Assembly: GCA_964016885.1 (NCBI GenBank)
Contig: OZ024741.1
Span: 262,012,001 to 262,076,000 of the forward strand
DNA from: Eledone cirrhosa
Lineage: Eukaryota
DNA length: 64,000 nt
Direction: 5' to 3'
Position 1 is the first letter of the stretch, and every line of letters starts with the position of its first letter. Both the position numbers and the translations under genes were made by a program. The notes beneath the pieces were generated by a model, which worked only from the letters and a program-made list of their open reading frames with translations, did no database searches and was not told the origin of the DNA. This document shows positions 61,101 through 64,000 of the stretch, one piece after another.

Positions 61101-64000
61101 TTGACTTACGAATGTTTTGCCTTACGGGTGTTCCGGTTTACGAGTGTTTCGACTTACGAGTATTCTGACTTACGAGTGTTCCGACTTACGGGTGTTTCGA
61201 CTTACGAATGTTTCGACTTACGAGTGTGCCGACCTACGAGGGTTTCGGCTTAAGGCTGTTCTGACTTACGAGTATTTTCGACTTAAGGATGTTTCGAGTT
61301 ACGAGTGGTTCGACTTACGAGTGTTTCGGCTTACGTGAGTTTCGACTTAAGAGTGTTCTGATTTACGAGTGTTCTGACTTACGAGTGTTTCGGCTTATGA
61401 GTGTTTCGACTTACGAGTGTTTCGGCTTACGTGAGTTTCGACTTAAGAGTGTTCTGATTTACGAGTGTTCTGACTTACGAGTGTTTCGGCTTATGAGTGT
61501 TTCGACTTACGAGTGTTTCGGCTTACGAGTGTTTCGACTTATGGGTGTTTCGACTTACGAGTGTTTTTACTTACGGTGTTTCGGCTTACGAGTGTTTCGA
61601 CATACGAGTGTTTTGACTTACGGGTGTTTCGACTTACGAGTGTTTTGACTTACGAATCTTTTGACTTACGGGTGTTTCGGCTTACGAGTGTTTCGACTTA
61701 CGAGTGTTTCGGCTTACGAGTGTTTCGACTTACTAATCTTTTTACTTACGAGTGTTTCGGCGTACGAGAGTTTTGACTTACGAGTGTTTCGACTTACGAG
61801 TGTTTCGATTTACGAGTGTTTTGACTTACGAATGTTTTGACTTACGGGTGTTTCGGCTTACGAGTGTTTAGACTTACGAGTGTTTTGACTTAAGGGTGTT
61901 TCGACTTACGAGTATTTTTGGCTTACGAGTGTTTCGACTTACGAGTGTTTTGACTTACGAGTCTTCTTACTTACGAGTGTTCCGACTTACGGGTGTTTCG
62001 ACTTACGAGTGTTTCGACTTACGAGTGTTCCGACCTACGAGGGTTTCGGCTTAAGGCTGTTCCGACTTACGAGTATTTTCGGCTTACGAGTGTTTCGACT
62101 TACGAGTGTTTTGACTTACGGGTGTTTTGACATACGAGTGTTTCGATACGAGTGTTCTGACTTACGAGTGTTCTGACTTACGAGTGTTCTGACTTACGAG
62201 TGTTCCGACTTACGAGTGTTTCGGCTCACGAGTGTTTCGGCTTACGAGTGTTTCGACTTACGAAAATAACAAATAGACGCGGTTTCAAATCTCTATGCTT
62301 TTCAAGTTCATTACATTAATCTTTATTTATATGTTTCGCTTCACGAATGTTTCGACTTACGAGTGTTTCGGCTAACAAGTGTTTCGACTTACGAGTGTTT
62401 CGGCTTACGAGTGTTTTGACTTACGAGTGTTTTGACTTATATGTGTTTCGACTTACGCTTGTTTCGACTTACGAGTTTTTCGACTTGCGAGTGTTTCGAC
62501 TACGGGTGATTCGACTTACGAATGTTTTGACTTACGGATGTTTTGACTTACGGGTGTTTCGGCTTACGTGTGTTTCGACTTACGAGTGTTCTGACTACGA
62601 GTGTTCTGTCTTACGGGTGTTCTGACTTACGAGTGTTCCGACTTACGAGTGTTTCGGCTTATGAGTGTTTCGACTTACGAGTGTTTCCGCTTTCGAGTGT
62701 TTCGACTTACGAGTGTTTCGGGTTACGAGTGTTTCGACTTACGAATGTTTTCCCTTACGAGTGTTTCCGCTTACGAGTGTTTCGACTTACGAGTGTTTTG
62801 ACTTACGGTTTTTCGGCTTGCGAGTGTTTCGACATACGAGTGTTTTGGCTTACGGGCGTTTCGACTTACGGGTGTTGCGACTTACGAGTGTTTCGACTTA
62901 CGAGTGTTCTGACTTACGAGTGTTCTGACTTGCGAGTGTTCCGACTTACGAGTGTTTCGGCTTACGAGTGTTTCGACATACGAGTGCTTTGACTTACGGA
63001 TGTTTCGACTTACGGGTGTTTCGATTTACGAGTGTTTCGACTTACGAGTGTTCTGACTACGAGTGTTACGACTTACGGGTGCTCTGACTTACGAGTGTTT
63101 CGACTTACGAGTGTTTCGACTTACGAGTGTTTCGACTTACGAATGTTTCGGCTTACGAGTGTTTCGACTTACGAGAGTTTTGACTTACGAATGTTTTGCC
63201 TTACGGGTGTTCCGGTTTACGAGTGTTTCGACTTACGAGTATTCTGACTTACGGGTGTTTCGACTTACGAGTGTTTCGACTTACGAGTGTTCCGACCTAC
63301 GAGGGTTTCGGCTTAAGGCTGTTCCTACTTACGAGTATTTTCGGCTTACGAGTGTTTCGACTTACGAGTGTTTTGACTTACGGGTGTTTTGACATACGAG
63401 TGTTTCGATACGAGTGTTCTGACTTACGAGTGTTCTGACTTACGAGTGTTCTGACTTACGAGTGTTCCGACTTACGAGTGTTTCGGCTCACGAGTGTTTC
63501 GGCTTACGAGTGTTTCGACTTACGAAAATAACAAATAGACGCGGTTTCAAATCTCTATGCTTTTCAAGTTCATTACATTAATCTTTATTTATATGTTTCG
63601 CTTTACGAATGTTTCGACATACGAGTGTTTCGGCTTACAAGTGTTTCGACTTACGAGTGTTTCGGCTTACGAGTGTTTCGACTTACGAGTGTTCTGACTA
63701 CGAGTGTTCTGACTTACGGGTGTTCTGACTTACGAGTGTTTCAGCTTACGAGTGTTTCGGCTCACGAGTGTTTCGACTTACGAGTGTTTCGACTTACGAG
63801 TGTTTCGACTTGTGAGTGTTTCGACTTACGAGTGATTTTGCCATACGGGTGTTTCGGTTTACGTGTGTTTCGACTTACGAGTGTTCTGACTTACGAGTGT
63901 TCCGACCTACGAGCGTTTCGGCTTACGGGTGTTCCGACCTACGAGTGTTTCCACTTACGAGTGTTTTGACTTACGATTGTTTCGGCTTACGAGTGTTTCG
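31177..64000. repeat. Satellite array: 16-bp monomer GACTTACGAGTGTTTC with 12 interspersed ~70-bp AT-rich spacers and ~6-kb higher-order repeats
   Basis: Continuous single-orientation monomers (roughly 2000, from length/16). Spacer AAAATAACAAATAGACGCGGTTTCAAATCTCTATGCTTTTCAAATTCATTACATTAATCTTTATTTATACG starts at 31177, 31852, 32573, 33118, 37105, 42867, 49112, 50339, 56630, 60788, 62263 and 63525. Confidence 0.97.

Noticed and set aside
31209-63969. Over 150 ORFs of the YECFDLRVFRLTSVST type
   Set aside because: The 16-bp consensus has no stop on the plus strand, so all three frames give the same 16-aa repeat. TGA-creating variants and indels interrupt it freely.
31177-64000. CRISPR-like repeat/spacer array
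   Set aside because: Monomers are directly adjacent, the ~70-bp interruptions are near-identical rather than unique, there are no cas genes and the context is eukaryotic.
31177-64000. Telomeric repeat or product of the neighbouring RT
   Set aside because: No TTAGGG-type motif, the PLE has an endonuclease (not a terminal EN-less type), and the only match in the PLE is a short TGTTTACGAGT near 20317 that is plausible by chance. Spacers and higher-order repeats point to DNA-level amplification.

Overview
AT-rich animal genomic DNA, probably a cephalopod such as Octopus (inferred from the SINE family and the dense TA/CA microsatellites). I see no recognisable host gene; the window is almost all repeats and mobile elements. 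1-22689: a young array of a ~6.65-kb Penelope-like retroelement (RT plus C-terminal GIY-YIG, Naiad-like motifs). Two full ORFs and one 5'-truncated copy run head-to-tail on the minus strand. They are joined head-to-head at ~14640 to a plus-strand copy with partial direct repeats. Each unit carries a type I hammerhead ribozyme with an unusually long stem II, ~2 kb of mosaic microsatellite and a degenerate ~140-bp 3' repeat. All three intact ORFs have His where the first RT catalytic Asp is expected. 22690-24140: a ~500-bp non-coding retrozyme-like element and a decayed second PLE, each with its own hammerhead. 24800-31000: foldback MITE, mariner remnant, three SINEs and two head-to-tail non-autonomous Helitron-like elements. 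31177-64000: a >32-kb satellite of a 16-bp CpG-rich monomer (GACTTACGAGTGTTTC), punctuated by 12 copies of a ~70-bp spacer, with ~6-kb higher-order repeats, starting just after a Helitron-like 5' end. Most ORFs in the supplied track are repeat artefacts. Family names come from motif recognition, not from database searches.
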